Notes: generated by a model not told the origin, from the letters alone. A stretch of 64,000 nt of DNA from Azolla caroliniana (GCA_043228905.1 JBHGNT010000022.1:2666001-2730000); one strand, 5' to 3'; shown: positions 22,343 through 36,600, numbered from the stretch's first letter. A program made the numbers and translations.

Positions 22343-25300
22343 ATGACGAGAAGGACACCCTTAAAGAAGACATTGATGAAAGAGAAAGTGAAGACACCAG
22401 TGAAGGAAGGAAGAAGGACACCCATGAAAGAAAGCAAGAAGACACCCACAAGAGAAAGGGTGATGAATTCATCAACACAGAGAAAGAAGATGTACCACTC
22501 CATCAGTCGAGACACACCTCTTGGATGGAATTATTTCCTTCGAGCACGACCTGACGTTTATCCAGAGTTGAGAGAGTGGTTGTTAAAAACTTGGGGGTCA
22601 ACACATCCCGACACAAGGCGAGGATTCCACATAAGTGGTTTGAAGAGGGAATACATGAATTTATTGAAGATGAGATACGAACATGTTTATGATACAAATC
22701 AAATCACTAACAATGAGGTGGGTACTGTTTTTGCACGTGCTTTTGCATGTGAAGTTCAAGGTGGCATTGACGTAAATTGGGAAGATTTTAATCGGCACCG
22801 GTCAGAACATTACAAAGGGTCCTCCAGTACCAACACTGGCTTGAAGTCATCTAGAACCTCTCATGTGGATATTCCAGCTACAACACCTATCCACCAAGTT
22901 CTAGAGGCAAAGGTACGGGCCACAATGACTGAAAAGCATGAACAGATGATGGCCGGTTGCATAGCTTCTATGAGCTCAAGAATACAAGCACTAGCTGATT
23001 TGGAGGCAGTTAAATTAGCTGAGATACAGGCAGAAAAGAAATTTTCTTCAATAAAAACTACATATGAATGGATTGCATCGACAATCCAAAATTCAGAAAG
23101 TGAGGTGTTGAAAGAGGAGTTGAAGAAAGAGCTAAACAATATGGGCACTCAATTAGGTTCACAGATGAGAGACCTTGATACTTGCAGGAATGCACATGAA
23201 GAAATAGATAATAAGTTGTCAGCCTTAAAGTTGCATTCTGAGAACCTTGCATGCTTGATGCAGGATTTAAAACAAAATGGTTTTGATACTTTGTGTCCAT
23301 CTGTAATTGAGCACCCAAGTGGTATAGAAAGTACCATTACTAGTATAGCTATATCACGGTATTGGCTTTAAAAGTATTTATTTCTACTTCTCTGGTATAA
23401 ATAAGTGAGCAGCTAATATATTATAACTTGTGTTTGCAATCTTCCAGGTGTATATTTTGTGGCCTCGGATTCAAGCTGGAGGCTATGGATGTTGTGATTA
23501 GACCATGCTTGCACACATATCATGTGCTATGTGCTAAGTATCATTTTGAGAAAGAGAATACATGTATGGACTGTAAAACTACAATTGCGGCTGAGTGGTA
23601 CTATGCTTGGGGTTTAAAAGTACACTCGTACGGTATGTGGCTCTACTATTCTATTGTTTGTAATAAATGATGTCAATTAACATTTGGACTAGAACTAGTG
23701 TATGCCACAATTCATACTTCAAATTTAGTGTAGAGAATCTCTAACAACTATTATGTGGAACCCTAATTATGTGGGTTAGTATTGGCAGTACTCTTAATAT
23801 ATAATTGGTATGTGTAGTTGAAGGGATATTTTCAAGAATTAGTAGAGTACTAAAAGGGAACCAGGTACAACATCGTCCAATCTATATTGCAACTTGCCTA
23901 GTATTAGTTTAGTAAACACTATACTTATAGTACACTGTTGATTGTTAGTATTGTTTGTGTAACTTGGGAATTAGTACTAGTAATGTAATTTGGGAACAAG
24001 GTGTATAGTAAATTGCTGAATAATAGTACAGTTATTGTAATTTGGAAATGAGGTGTGTCAAACACATATCACGTTTAGTACTAATACTGTTCAAGATTAA
24101 TACTGTTGGTGTAATTAGTACAAGTTATGTAACTAGGTGTGTAGAACACATATCATGTTTAGTATTACTTGTGTGCAAAATACCAATCTACATTTGTTGG
24201 ATTAGTACTTAGTAAGTACTACATGGTTCATGATTAGTACTAGTTCTGTACTTTGTGAACTAAGTTACTAGTACATTGCTCATGATTAATACTAGTTTTG
24301 TAATTTGGGAACTGAGTAGTACTTTGTTCCTTATTAGTACTAGTTTTGTACCTTATTAGTACTAGATCAGTAATCTAGAAAATAAGTGAGTAGTACATTT
24401 TTTAGGATTAGTACTAATTGTGTAATTTGACTAAGTCAGTGGTACATTGTTGAGTAGTACATTGTTCAGGATTAGTACTAATTGTGTAATTTGACTAAGT
24501 CAGTGGTACATTGTTCAGGATTAGTACTCCTTGTGTAATTTGGTAACTAAGTGAGTAGTATATTGTGCATGATTAGTACTACTTGTGTAAATTGGGAACT
24601 AACTGAGCATTACATTGTTCGGGATTAGTACTCCTTGTGTAATTTGGTAACTAAGTGAGTAGTATATTGTGCATGATTAGTACTACTTGTGTAAATTGGG
24701 AACTAAGTGAGCAGTACATTGTTCGGGATTAGTACTAGTTCAGTGATTTATGAAATAAGTGAGTAGTACATTGTTCAAGATTAGTACTACTTATTAATTT
24801 GACTAAGTCAGTGGTACATTGTTCGGGATTAGTACTCCTTGTGTAATTTGGTAACTAAGTGAGTAGTATATTGTGCATGATTAGTACTACTTGTGTAAAT
24901 TGGGAACTAAGTGAGCAGTACAGTGTTCCTTATTAGTACTAGTTCAATAATTTAGGAACTATGTGAGTAGTACATTGTTCATGATTGGTACATTGTGTAA
25001 TATGGGAAGCAGCTCTTGTGACCTACATTATATATTTTAGATGATGGTACTAACATTCAAGGTTTTTTTGTTTCTTGCAATGAATGTTGTAGTGTCAAGC
25101 AACTCCACGCCAGGGAAGGTAATGGAACAACCAGCCCCTGTGCCTAAAACCTCAATAACCTATGATTTTTATGATGAGGATGAATGTATGAGAAGGGCCA
25201 TTGGAGCAGTGGAACATATGCTTCTACAAACAAATTCCCCAAGCTCTAGTCAACATCAAGAAATAGAGCCCACTAAGAAGAGAAATGCAGTTTCTTTACA

Positions 25301-25889
25301 AATAGAGCCCAGTAAGAAGAGAAATGCTGCAAGAATGTTGTATGGAAACGGCAAGAAAGGCAAAGTTGAATGCAATGGTGAGTCATATAAGTTCTCACCT
25401 GTCCGGAGCATTGTCAACCTAATCCATTGTCTAATACCATGTACTTGTGTTACTAGCTGATGACGAAATGATATTTGGTGACGGAGATACGAGTCCAAAA
25501 CCTGATCGTGAAGACGAATTTATCACACTCCCAGGTACACGTCAAAAGCCAGACTTTGAAAACAATGATTTAGCTCATAACAACCCTATTTTTGTTGCTA
25601 TTATAGATCATAACAACACTCTTGAGCACCTAGATGTTGTGGAGAAGATGACCGTGCCCACCACTTGCAATGGGGTATCTACGGCTGTACAGTATGACAA
25701 TGTAACATTAGGTAAAAATGTGGCCCTAAACCCTATGTTCATTGTTTGCAAACTTTTGAGTATGTGAGTTGATACTAATATTCTTTGGAATCCCATTAAT
25801 TAGGTTTACAAGAGCAGTCTGATTCCCAACTGCAATCAAATGAATCGGGAACTTCATGGAGCACAAGTGCAGAGTCAGAATCAAATTAA
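22343..25889 (+). CDS. 608-aa coiled-coil plus RING-H2 protein inside the TIR element, join(22343..23358,23448..23632,25093..25377,25457..25711,25804..25889)
   Basis: All four introns are GT-AG and phase-consistent (1827 nt, open to TAA). RING-H2 CIFC…CLHTYHVLC…CMDC. Helical E/K/L-rich middle region. Confidence 0.7.
24200..25000. repeat. Tandem repeat of ~50-bp units (gattagtact…gtacattgttc) within intron 2 of the RING gene
   Basis: Recurrent AGTACT-containing units are visible. Confidence 0.85.
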
Positions 25890-26539
25890 CCTTTGCACGG
25901 ATGCAGACTCTGGAAGCACATCTTCCACACATGAGGATTGTGAGAAAAACGAAGCATTCATATGTGAAGAGCATTCCTTCTACAGTAAATGACACTTGTA
26001 CTACAGTCACCCCACTCTCCAAAATCGATTTTCTTTTTCTCTAATTTTTTTTCTGAATTATTCAGTACTAACAATATTGAAAGTACTGACAATTTTTGTG
26101 GCCAAAAACAATACTTTTCTGGTACACCGTAGCGTGCTTCGACCCATATATCTAGTCTTGGGTCCAATTTGTTCTGTGTCTTGAGATCGTTTCTAAATTA
26201 TAACATCTTGAATTAAGATCCTGTTTTTACGGCTAACGTACGTTAACTGTTTCTCTTTACGAATCGGATTACCGAGCAATCCCTCTCTCACCCTGACCTC
26301 CACCGCATACCACAGTCCCTTGATCCGCTTACCATAGGAGTAATCGAAGGTGTTGCTCCACGCACTGATAATCGGCGGCTTCCCCAATCCGAGCCTCGTG
26401 AAAACCCGTCACAGTCTTATTCCCTGCTGACTCGAGAAGGTCAACCATGACACACAACACAGCCTCAATTTGAGCAAGGAGAGCCCAACAACTCGGCCAC
26501 AGTAACATCCTTCAACTGTAATCAACCAGGTCACTACGC

Positions 26540-27669
26540 TGTCGTGAAGATCCGTCACTATGCGCGGATCGTGAGGCGGAACCGTCGGGGTTCTAGACGG
26601 GAAGGATTCGAAGTTGGCAAGATTTAAGATAGATTGTAAGAGAGAGAGATTGAGACAAGATAGAACGATTGATTTTAGATTGAGAGAGATTAAGATTGAT
26701 ACTCTTGACTTTAGATTTGAAGAACAAGATTAATACGAATTTTCTTCTTAATATTAATTTTGGTATCAAGTACAAAACTCTTGATAAGAATTTTACATTA
26801 CAAAAATCCCCCTTTCATCTTTTTCCTCCCCTCTTTTATAGATGCCCTCATGCATTTGAGGGTACAAGACATGCATAAAATGCATGTTTGCCATTTGGCG
26901 CTCATGTATTACATGTGGTGCACGATAACCACGTCACTCATTTAAGGTCTCATGTATGAGAATTTACATGTAAAATTATAATGACAAAAATATTATTTCA
27001 TGAAAGTGTCTTGGCTTAGTGGTAAGTTTATAGACTCTCAACTTGGAGGTGCAAGGTTCAAATCCACACTTGCACTCCTTGTGTATACATATATATATTT
27101 ATTTATTATATATCTATTCGATCGCCGGATGACGCTGGTTTGCCGGATGCCGGTTACCGTTCGGTCGTCGGATCCCGATTCTATTGCCGGTTGCCGGATG
27201 CCAGATCGCGGTTCCGTCGCCCGTCACCGGGTCCCGGTTCTGTTGCCAGTTGCCGGTCCGGTTTCGGTTGGGCAAAACCTTTGCAAGTAGCCAGGCTATA
27301 CCCATTCATCCAATAGCTTAGTTCAAGTCACCTTGAACTCTCTATGCTCCACACATAGACACAAAGATAATAGCTTTTGCTCTACCTTATATATGGTGAG
27401 ACCCTTATTTCTTGTCTATGTGGGATATCTCACAGTTTTATTTTTCTATTCTTCCTTCTCATACTTCACTCCCACATAACTTGTCACTTAGATGTCCGTT
27501 TTTTATGTGGTAAAGCACATTTGAAAGCTCTTGAAGAACTCCATCTTTTTGTACTAAGATATTAAACATATTTAAATTAGTATCTTCACTATTATTGTTT
27601 TATACAAATGACACTCGATTTCGTATGTTTTATTTGATTTTCACACCATTGCCGAAAATCTTCACGACA
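26540..27669 (-). mobile_element. Solo LTR (1130 bp), TSD ACGC, 12-bp terminal inverted repeat, tRNA-like cassette at ~27005-27075
   Basis: acgc|TGTCGTGAAGAT…ATCTTCACGACA|acgc. TATA on the minus strand near 26835. Confidence 0.85.
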
Positions 27670-30600
27670 ACGCTACTCAATGTCCGACGAACAATCGAGT
27701 TAAAGCACCAGCCGTAAACATGATTACGGCCGATGTCCAACAGGTCACCACCCGAAGTCAGGCCCAACAATCGCAATGGGAGATTCAGGATGAATTTCAA
27801 CAAGTTGCTAAGAAGTGGATCGAATTGGCAAATCACACCAACACTGATTGAATGCACACTGAAATGAAAGAAATTGGTCTCACCCCATCACATCCCTCTT
27901 CACCTACCGAACCACCCGAAAAGACCCGGTTTGGCAAGCCTCATCGGTTGCCAAATTTCCATGCCTTTGCATAAACTACTGCAACTGCTTCTGCGCTTCA
28001 AGGATACAATCCAATCTCTCACTACCGACCAAGAATGAGCTAACCTGGCCGTACACCTCACGACGCTAGAACCCGGACCACCACTAATGGATTTCCAGAA
28101 CCCTATGGTCAAACTTGTTATCAAAAGCTGTAAGGTCCACGAGTGCATTATCGATGGCAGATCATGAGTGAATGTTATCAACGAGGCAACATGCCACGAT
28201 GCCACGACCTCGGTATCACGCAATGGGAGCCATGTTCGTTTTGGCTTCGAATGGTGGATACACGTTTAGTTCGACCAATAGGACTAATCCAAAATCTTGA
28301 TTTCATCCTCGGTGGGCACATCTTCATCCAAAATCTCGATTTCTTACGACTCGATGCTCCTGGTTCTTACTCACCGTTACTCGGACGTCTATGCCTGCGA
28401 ACAACTAATATCAAGCAACACTAGCAGTATCATTTCGCCGTGGGAAAACCAAAGTTTGGGTTACCACGAAGAAACGCATGACGACGTTTCCCGACAACAG
28501 GCCGTTGTATGCTAAAGGCGTGCATATGCTCAACGGTCTCACCGAAGAAGAGATGGAATCCTTTGTAGACGAGCATCCCACAATCGCCCCCCTATTCGAA
28601 ATCGACGTTCTCATGACTGTACAACCATATCTATCCGACATCGTGATAACAGACCACACTGTTCGACACGGCCCCGATCCGCAATCGATTGAGGAGTTAT
28701 GGCATGCCTGTGATGCACTCGAACACGAATTAGCCATCTCTCAGTGCATAAAAGCCTCAACACTAGAGGAAATTAATCTCGGTTCTTGTACCGAGCCCCG
28801 AACACTGAAAATCGCAAAGGCCTTGGCTTCCGAGGAACAATCAGCTCTGATCAAGTTGCTGACCGAGTATCAGGATGTCTTTGCATGGTCATACAGTGAC
28901 ATGAAGAGGTTAGAACCCCAATATTATCAACACTAGATTCAACTCCAACATGATGCACGACCGGTACAATAGTGTCGCTACCGGATGAACTCCTCCACAT
29001 AGGGTTCATTCGGCAGTAAAAAAGGCAACCTGGTTAAGCCCAATTGTCGTCGTGCCGAAAAAGAATGAGCAAATCCGAGTGTGAACTCAACGTGGCCATG
29101 GTCACGAATGCCTTTCCTCTTCCCTTCACGGATGGTGTTCTTGATGCGGTAGAAGGCCATGAATGCTATAGTTTCTTAGACGGTTTTAATGGCTACAACC
29201 AGATCCGAATGCACCCTGATGATCAAGAAAAAGCCGCTTTTGTCACCAAGTGGGGTGTATTTGTAGCAGTCGTAATGATGTTCGGCTTAAAAACGGCACC
29301 GGCCACTTTCAAATGCATAATAGCCGAGATTTTCGATGAGTACATTCCCTCTTTTATGCAAGTATTTCTCGATGATTTTGCCGTGTATGGACAACAGAGC
29401 GAGCACCTCAAACATCTACGCCTTTGTCTCGAACAATGCCGACAGGCACGACTCAGCTTAAACCCAACAAAATGTGCTTTTTATGTATCTAGCGGCGCAT
29501 TACTCGGTCACATCGTCAGTCCCGATGGTATAACCGTGGATTCCACAAGGTGCACACTATTCTAAATGCTTTGGCCCCAACAACAGCGAAAGCCCTCAAT
29601 AGATTCTTGGGCTAGATTCGGTGGCACAGTCGCATGCTACCCTACCGGTCCGACTTTGCGACACCCTTGCATACCGTTCCGATGGACGGAATGGGAGGGC
29701 GAGGATTACCGGTCTCTCAAAGTGATGCTCTCCCAAGCACCGGTCGTGCAACCGCCTGATTGGTCGCAACCAATCCACGTGTTTGTGGACGCGTCTGACA
29801 TAGCCATCGGCAACACACTGATGCAGAAAATGCCTCCGAACTGGTATTGCTCGGTGTATTATGCTAGACGTCACCTCTCTAACGGCCGAAAAGAACTACT
29901 CCACCATGGAACAAGAAGCACTTGGAATGATCTACAATATCACTAAATTTCGACACTACCTGCTTGGTCGGAAATTCACGTTCCATGTAGATCATTCGGC
30001 TTTATTGTACCTCGTCAATAAACAGGTTTTAACCGGTCGCTTAACACGATGGATGCTTCTTCTTTAGGAATTTGATTTCGGCGTACAACATCAACCAACG
30101 GTACAACATGCGGTCGCGGATTACCTGAGCCATCTCGAATTAGGAGAGCCAGCCGAAACGGAGTACAATGAACTACCCGACACCAACTTGTTTAGTCTCA
30201 ACACTCCAACCCTTCCCGCTGATTCTGAGGATGAGTGGATTATGGAGATGACGTAATTCCTCAACATCGGCCTTCCACCCGAACACTTAACACGAGACGC
30301 CAAGAAATGATGGGTGGTCCGGAGCCAAAATTTCTGTCTGTTCACCAACACTCTATATCGTAAAGGCTTGGACGGTATTTGGCGACATGCGGTATGACAA
30401 TTAAAAAAAGATGTGGTTTTACGTGACGCCCATCACGGTATAGCCGGCGGCCACTACGCGGGTGATGCCACAACTTGAAAGATTTGGCAAAGTGGATTAT
30501 GGTGTCCTACTATGAAGAAAGATGCTCACAAATTTTGGTAAACGCTGTGATCTCTATTAGCGCATGGGCCAGTCGAGCGCGGAAGACGGGATGCTTGACG

Positions 30601-30759
30601 AACCGATCCTTCCTTTAGAACCCTTTCAGAAAAGGGGATTGGATTTTGTAGGTCCATTTAAACCATCCGCAACCTGAACAAGCAACAAATATATAATAGT
30701 GGCTACCGATTATTGCACCAGATTATTGCATGAAATGGGTTGAAGCGAAAGCACTACGC

Positions 30760-31543
30760 TGTCGCGTTGTTACGCGCGTGCGCGGAGAAAGGCGGGACCA
30801 CGGGGGTCTTGGACTAGGGAGTGACGGAGCGTAGGAAGTCGTACTTCACCGTATTCGGGGCATCCCAGAAGCACACCGGAAGCAACCGAAGGGAGAGAGA
30901 GAAAAAGTGGGAGCGCGCGCTTGACACCGACTCATGCACACACATGCACACACACACACACACAGGCCGACCCGACTCACACCCTTATGTACAGGAAACG
31001 TAGGAAAGGGGGAGCACCCGATACCAACAGAGACACGAGTATACACAGACAGACACAAATGTATATATATAAAAGGAAGAATACATTCCCGGCTTCGAGC
31101 CGGACCAAGGTAGGTTACAGTAGTCGTCGGCTGCCAAGCCGCCGGACAGGGAGCTCACGGGCTTGTCGCGCCGAGCGGGGTCTTGCGTAGGAGACGAGCT
31201 GAAGCAAACCCTAAGCGAGCACGAAGGGGGAGAAGAAGAAGAAGAAGAAGAAGAAGAAATGTAACTAACCCTAAATCTAACGGTATACCCTCTAACGCAA
31301 AATGGGCAGCCCTTTCACAAAGGGTGCTCCCTTCCTTTTATAGAACAAAGAGAGGGATGCGTTACAATGTGGGATAAATCCCGACTTACATGGGATCGTC
31401 TGTCCCGACTTGACTACTCTTCGGCGCCATAAAGGCGCCCTCGTTATTCACACTAAATGTACAAGGGTGAGCACACATGCTGCACCCCGCCGATGTTGCC
31501 AATGTTTCCCGGTTTCCACCTCTGGACGAAATTCTTCACGACA
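30760..31543 (-). mobile_element. Solo LTR (784 bp), TSD ACGC, inserted in gypsy integrase
   Basis: acgc|TGTCGCG…CTTCACGACA|acgc. Removing it restores the frame K-A-L-R-D-N-T. Confidence 0.85.
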
Positions 31544-32833
31544 ACGCGACAACACGGACGTGTCGACAACCAAATTAATGTATGAATACATGTGGTATCG
31601 ATTTGGATGCCCAATAGAGCTCGTGAGTGACCAGGGGGCCACTTTCTCAACCGTCTTATATGCGATTTAAACTCCCATTACGCTGTGATGCATAAGAAAA
31701 GCACACCCTACTACCCCGAAGCCAACGTATTGGCCGAGTCAACGAATAAGACCCTACAGACGATTCTCAAGAAAATCGTGAACGAGCATCGGACGGATTG
31801 GGATGATAAATTACAGAATGCACTATGGGCATACCGCACCGCATTGAAGACAAGCATCGGATCCACGCCCTTTCGAATGGCCTTCAGCTTGGAAGCTGTG
31901 ATGCCGATCGCGTTTCAGGTCCCGAGTCTCCAAGTGCAAGTAACCGAATGATTGTCCGAATCGGAATCTGAACAAAAACGACTAGAATAATTACTCGAGC
32001 TCGGGGAAGAACGAAAGCCAGTCTCACCCAATTGGAACAAGGCCAACGAAAAAGGAAAGCTTTCATGGATCGCCATCGTCGAGAAACCAAAAAATCATTC
32101 GAGATCGGCAAACTGGTCCTTGTGTTCCAAACACGACTCGGGTCAATGCTAGGGAAACTTCGGTTTCGGTGGACGGGACCATTCTGGATTGTCGATGATT
32201 TCAACGGAACATTCCAGCTCGACACATTGGCTGAGGAAATCTTGAAGAAACCATACCACAACTTGACACCATTGAACCCCTTCGCCGAAGAACACCATAG
32301 CCACGACCAACCCATCGTAGGTAGAACAGAGGATTTTGGGGGCACTACGCCCCAATCACGGTAAACTCCCCTACCTACTTCCACAGTGCATAGTATAATT
32401 ATGGGAAAAAAGAAAAAGAAAAAGAAGAAGACTCACATACTATTTAAAGGACATGCACGACATACGAGAAAACCAAGTACTAACGGTTCACACGACGCGT
32501 GGTTCTTAACTCCCAGTATGGCAGGGCATAAGGCCATGTCTCGAGAATCGAAGCACATACAAAAAGAAAGACACCACAAACGTAGCTCTCATTTTTGCAG
32601 AAACGCTGAAGCTCTCTCTTCCTCTATTCAATCTCTCTCTCACTCCCAAACTCCTTGCAACCATGCGCTCTCTCGCTCTCTGTCTCATCCCTGCTCGCCT
32701 CCCTGCTCGCCTCCTTGCTCGCCTCCCTGCTCTCTCAACACAACCATGATGATCGAAGTATCCAAAGAACTCCGTACTTGGCTCAGCCGGCATCGGTTGG
32801 GAGGATACCTCCGCTTCATCGACACCGCTACAA

Positions 32834-33621
32834 GCCGTGATAGTGCATCTGCTTTTCCTTGCTGCTTTCCCGGTCGATATGTGATTTTGAAGTCGAAATG
32901 CATGAGGAATTGCACCCACCGAGCTTGTTGTCGATTTAGTACGCGAGCGTTCTGGAAATAAGCAAGGTTTTTATGATCACTAAAGACAATGACCTGATGT
33001 GGATAGCCCTCTAAGAAATGCCGCCATTGCACAAATGAATCCACGATGGCTAATAACTCCTTGTCATGTATTTCGTAGTTGATTTCCGTGACATCGAATT
33101 TGCGCAAATGGAAAGCCACCGGATGCAACTCTTCTTTATCTGCTTGTTGAGAAAGGATGCTACCGAGGGCGAAATTTGAAGCATCGGCCTCCATGATGAA
33201 TGGTTTGCTGGTATCCACATGAGCTAGAATCGGTGCTGATGTAAAGGCTTTCTTAAGATGCCGAAAAGCCATATCTGCTTCGATGGACCAAAGAAATGCT
33301 TGGCCCTTCTTCGTAAGTTGTGTGAGGGGTAAAATAATCTTTGAATAATCCTGTATAAACTTACGGTAGAAGTTAGCAAAACCTAGAAAACATTGTACAT
33401 CTTGTACCGACCGTGGAATTTTCCACTCTAGTACAGTTTGGACTTTAGCTGGATCCATGGCGATGCCCTTTGAGGAGATGACGTTGTCGGGGTAGTTGTG
33501 GTTCGTGCGGCGAAGTCGCGGGGACTAAGGTTAAGGGGAGTTGAAGAAACTTAACTTTTAATAAGGCTTGTATGGTGATGATAGAATGGTTAAGGGTAGT
33601 AAGACGAAGAGTTACAAGTAA

Positions 33622-33659
<38 letters not shown>

Positions 33660-36600
33660 AGACGAGCATAGATAAAAGATAGAGACAATGTATGATTCAA
33701 GAAAGAAGATTTAGACAAAATATGATTCTAGAAACAAGAGTATATGATATAAACATGATGTATATTAAAAATATAATATTTTACCAACTTCACAATCCTT
33801 GATCGTAAGATGAATCTTTTCAATACCGACCCTTGATTTCAACCCACGACCTCACTTCGAAACGAGAGGTTCTCCACCCAATGAGCTTGAACACATTCTC
33901 TATCGACCCTTGATTTGAACCCACGACTTCCACTTTGAAACGCGAGGCTCTTCACCGAATAAGATATCTTTAACACTTGCTTGGATTCCTTTTTCTCCCA
34001 CTTTCTCTTGATTCCCTTCTTGTTTTCCTTGCTCCTCTTTATATAAGTGTTGGCATGCATATGATAATGTATGGGAGCATGGCATGCATGAGTTACATGT
34101 AATGCATGATCGCCATTTGGCGCACATGTATTGCACGTGATGCATGGTAGCCATCATGCTCACTTGAGCTCCCATGTATGAAAGTAGATATGGGATAAGT
34201 ATAATGATAAAAATACATTCTAAAATAACTAACCTAGCTCAGTGGTGTATACTTTGTGTTTGGCATACAAGGTTGAGAGTTCAAGTCTCTCAATTTTACT
34301 TAATACAATATATAAGTTTATTCTTATATAGTGAAGCACATTCTTGACAACATTTCTAAAAACAAATAGCTTACCCTAGTGGTATATATATTGTGCTTGG
34401 CTTATAAGGTTGTAGGTTCAAGTGTTTGAAATATTATTGAATTCAATATTTAAATTTATTTTTATATCGTGAAGCAAATCCTTCACGACAACGTAGCCTA
34501 GAAATTCCACTTGCTTGCAGTCAAAGCTACATTTTTCTAGCTTGGCATAAAGACCATTCTCGCGGAGTTGCTTTAGTACTAATAGTACATGAGAATCGTG
34601 CTCTTGCTGGGTCTTCGAATAAATCAATAGATCATCTAGATAGATGATCAAACAGATATCCAAGAGGTCTCTGAATATATCATTTGCCATGTGTTGGAAG
34701 ACTACGGGTGCATTGGTTAAGCCAAACGGCATAACAGTATACTCAAAATGCCCATACCGCGTGCGAAAGGCGGTCTTCCATTCATCTCCCGGTCGGATCT
34801 GCACGAGGTTATACGCTCCTCATAGATCGATTTTGGTAAAAAACTTGGGACCATTAACTCGCTCTAAAAGACTTGATATAAGAGGAAGTGCATACCTATT
34901 CCGGATGGTGACCTTATTCAATCCGCGGTAATCAACGATGAGACGAAGTGAGCCATCTTTCTTCTTGACAAAGAAGATGGGTGCACTGGCCGAAGATTTC
35001 GAATGACGGATGAACCCGCTTGCCAAGTTCTCCTCTATGTAGGCTCAAAGGACTTCTAACTCGGTGGGTGAGAAGTTGTAAATTGGTCCCCATGGTGGCT
35101 CGGTTCCTGGTTGTAAATCGATGGGATAGTCATAGGGACAGTGATGAGGAAGGGTACCGGCTTTTACCTTGTCAAATACATCGGCATAAGGATGATATTT
35201 TGCCGGAAGTTGTACTGAGGAGTCCTTCTTTATAGTGCTGGAAGGATGTACTGATATTGCAAATAGGAACATTGCCTCCTTGTGTCCTTCTTCGCGTAAT
35301 TGATGGAGTGAAATGGTCGAAACTCGGTGAGTAGATTCTTGGGGTGGTCGATATCGGACTTCTCTTGTTCTCCAATCTATGGCTGGATTATGTAATTCAA
35401 ACCAAGGTAATCCTAGGACAATGGGATGCTCTGGACTACTAATTATATTAAATGATATTACACACACAAAACTACCTAGGACAACTTGAATGGGTTCTGA
35501 TTCTTCTACAATATTCCCGGAAGCAATGGGACGACCATCAATGACTACTACAGATGCGGGACAAGGAAGTTTTCTTAGGGATATCTGAGAAGCATGGGCA
35601 AAATTTTGATCCATGAAACAGGAATTAGCTCCGGAATCTAAAAGTGCTAGGACGGGTACTGGGAGAGTACTTTTAGTACTAACAATGACTTGGGCTAGGA
35701 ACACATTGCTAACTTGCTTGGAAGGAATGGAACCACTAATGGGCTGTACAGATCTAGGGCTGTTGTCCAACCAAACGGCTCCTATTTTGGCTGGACTCAA
35801 TCGTTTAAGTCTTCATCTAATTGACTAAGGATTTCAAATTTGTTTGAGATACTTGGGCTATTAGTACTATGAATACTATTTGACACTCTATTAGTACTAT
35901 TAATACTATCAGACACTCCGAAGGGAAGAATTGACTCGAGTTTAGTACAGGCGACGATTTGATTTACCTGTCTTATTGGCCTATGGGGACAATTGATGGC
36001 GATATGCCCTGGTCCACCGCAATAAACACATAATCGATTGGCACGTCGTCATTGCTTTTCTTCTTCCGATAACGGGCCGCGTCGACGCATGGTATCGATC
36101 TCCATCTGTGTCGAAGTATTTGCTTGAGGTATGTCTCGTGAAAACGGTTTAGCCGTGACTGCGGCGTAAGTGGGCTCTAGCCTAGAGCGTGGTATTTGTA
36201 ATTGACGTTCCGAACGCCGTTCGAAAAGGCGGTTGTCACATCGGACCGCCCGACTGATTGCCTCCGTAAGAGACTTTGGTTCTTCGGGCAAAGTTAGAAG
36301 TAGATCTTTGACATCGTTTCGCAGGCCATAGCGAAACTGCTCCATTAGTGCTTGATCATCCCAGGCTATATCTGAAGCGAGTAGGTGGAAATCCGCAGCG
36401 TAGGCAGAGGCTGGACGATCGCCTTGACGCAATCGCCGAATCTTGTTGATCGCCGTCCTGATGCTGTCGGTGTCTCCAAAGCAGGCTTTAAACTCACTAA
36501 TAAAATCTTCAAAGTTATTAAGCAAGGGCGATTGTTTTTCTAGAAGTGGAGCGAACCATGCTAAGGCTGAGCCGCTAAGCAACGTGCCTATTAAGCCGAC

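Larger units (their letters stand above)
20932..26145 (+). mobile_element. 5.2-kb TIR DNA transposon without a transposase (GGG…CCC ends, ATAT-type flanks)
   Basis: Left GGGTCGAAGCATGCTACGGTGTACCA versus reverse complement of right GGGTCGAAGCACGCTACGGTGTACCA (25/26). ATATAT at 20926-20931 and 26146-26151. Confidence 0.85.
26200..32380 (+). mobile_element. Degenerate non-chromovirus Ty3/gypsy (gag-PR-RT-RH-INT), interrupted by two solo LTRs
   Basis: RT (FLDGFNGYNQI, VFLDDF), RH (VDASDIAIG, FHVDHSAL) and INT (KWVEAKAL|RDNT, STPYYPEAN). Many stops. Outer boundaries uncertain. Confidence 0.85.

Noticed and set aside
24200-25000. Regularly spaced repeats resembling a CRISPR array
   Set aside because: The context is eukaryotic, the spacers are themselves repeated, and there are no cas genes. 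It is an intronic tandem repeat.
32825-32840. Possible fifth RCGT-type insertion where the Tcn1 copy is truncated (the other copy has GCGT here)
   Set aside because: The junction reads ggct rather than gcgt, there is no CGACA terminus, and no partner TSD was found.
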